Assembly: GCF_963921235.1 (NCBI RefSeq)
Contig: NC_086097.1
Location: forward strand, 61,072,001-61,136,000
DNA length: 64,000 nt
Reading direction: 5' to 3'
Origin: Mobula hypostoma
Taxonomy: Eukaryota
How positions within the stretch are numbered: the first letter of the stretch is position 1; every line of letters begins with the position of its first letter. This document shows positions 62,573 through 64,000 of this stretch, one piece after another. Both the position numbers and the translations under genes were made by a program. A model generated the notes under the pieces. The model was given only the letters and a program-made list of their open reading frames with translations. It was not told the DNA's origin and searched no databases.

Positions 62573-63449
62573 GTTTCTCTCAGTGGCTTTGCCTGTTCAT
62601 CCTAAGACTTCAGCTTTGTATGAGGTAACAGTGTTTTGATCTACAAATCTTACAGTTTGTCCTGTTTTAAGACCAAAACTTTCATGTTGTTCTTGCACTT
62701 GTGATGATTTCTGTTCAAGCAGGTCTGTTGAGTCCCCAGCTGCACTCTCTTCAGGACTGCCAGTGTCACTGTTGAGCAATGTTGCTGGGTCCTCATCTGC
62801 ACTCTCCTCAGCACTGTCTGTGCTATGTGACACTACCAGGTAAGTGCTTTTCATTTGCTTTGTGTCATTCTCCATGGAGTTCTGATCATCTTCAGTTTGT
62901 GCTTTACATAGTCTGGAATGATGCACTCTCACACATATTCCTCCATGTCTCACAAAAGCCACAACTCCATCCTGACCAATGACAACTCCAGGACCTTTCC
63001 ATTCTGGACAGTCTGCTCTTTTATAATACAGTTTGTTCCCTGTCTCATATATCTCATCTGTGGGATGGAGTTATGCCGTCAGTTTTCTTCGAATTCTCTC
63101 GGAACGCTCTGCTTCAATGAAAGCCTTCCTTGATGCACGCAAAGCGGAAGTATGTAGGTGGTCTGTCAATCAGTGCAGAAGGGAAGGTTTGGATTCTGGC
63201 TGAACACAAGTCGATACCGGCTATAACCATGTACATTGTGCATGGTATTCTTTGGCATAAGGGCCCAGTCCAGGGCTCGGTTACAATCACAGCCATTGCT
63301 TTTCTTTACTTTCAGCATTATTTCATTAAGCATTTGATTTTGTCGCACCAGAAGTCCATTGCTCCAAGAATTGTATGCCACTGTTGTTTTTGTTTCAATG
63401 TTAATGTTCTCTGCCATATCTCTGAACTCAAAACAGAATGAAATCTGAA

Positions 63450-63640
63450 TGATGGGCATGTAGAATGCAATGCTGGCAGCGGTGGTGGAAGCAGATACAA
63501 TTGGGTCTTTTATGAGCTCCTTAGATAGGTACATGCTATAGGGGGCTATGAACTAGGGAAATTCTAGGCAGGCTCTTAGAGTAGGTAATATGGTGGGGCC
63601 AAAGGGCCTGTAATGTGTTGTAAACCTCTATATTCTATCT
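63450..63640 (+). mobile_element. CR1 3' UTR fragment nested in the Copia integrase
   Basis: gcggtggtggaagcagatacaattgggtcttt...gataggtacat...gggaaattctagg...aagggcctgtaatg is collinear with 44500-44690. Confidence 0.85.
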
Positions 63641-64000
63641 TCATCATTATTAAATTTACTACTCATTATTGCTGAAGCCTTTCTGAAGTGGGCCGTGTGC
63701 ACCATGAAGTTTTTTACTATTTCTAAGGCTCTCTTTGTAATTACAATGCTATTGGCACAACAACGTGTGAACTCATCAGTGATGTGGAGATACCACACTC
63801 CTTGCTCCAGTTCATGTAGGCCTACGACTACTATTTCACTGTATTCAGATACTAGTGGCAGACCAACCTCAGTCTTGGGTTTGGACATTCCAAACGTTTG
63901 ACATGCCTGACAGCTGTCAACTAGCTGCTTTACAATGGAAAAAATAGTCTGCATCTTTGTTTTCTGAACTCCTGAGCAGTTTCTGAGTCTATCAGTCGAA

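Larger units (their letters stand above)
61840..64000 (-). mobile_element. Decayed Ty1/Copia pol (integrase upstream of RT), resembling the GalEa clade; continues beyond the window
   Basis: Integrase CQACQ...VGLPL...WYLHITDEFTR, AYNSWSNGL and GPGVVIGQDG..AFVRHGG. Then RT AKQDEISSWKNNGVFEEV...STRWV...KAHLVAR and KKCLYGLADA. Confidence 0.85.

Overview
This is AT-rich, repeat-dense vertebrate genomic DNA. The repeat mix (CR1, Rex1/Babar, V-SINE, Penelope-type hairpins) points to a cartilaginous fish, probably a ray; that is an inference, not verified. Most long ORFs are retrotransposon-derived. The main elements are: a full-length but decayed L1 (2933-8703, 13-bp TSD); a near-intact full-length Nimb/I-group LINE with an RNase H-containing ORF2 (51001-56363, 14-bp TSD); a young 5'-truncated CR1 (about 20806-23065); several older CR1 and many Rex1/Babar copies; an internally deleted Gypsy provirus (39079-42115, 5-bp TSD); solo LTRs; and a decayed Copia resembling the GalEa clade that runs off the right edge. 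Smaller elements are a Tc1 derivative, two foldback mariner-derived elements with 4 and 5 TIR copies, a V-SINE, a tRNA/RTE-tailed SINE, and Penelope-type inverted-repeat remnants carrying minimal hammerhead-ribozyme motifs. A few phase-compatible minus-strand exons suggest the window lies in the introns of an unidentified host gene. I found no CRISPR array, rRNA, functional tRNA or prokaryotic system, and I cannot claim a new biological system. The best leads are the foldback mariner family, the hammerhead-bearing hairpins, the Nimb element, the Copia element and the unidentified exons.
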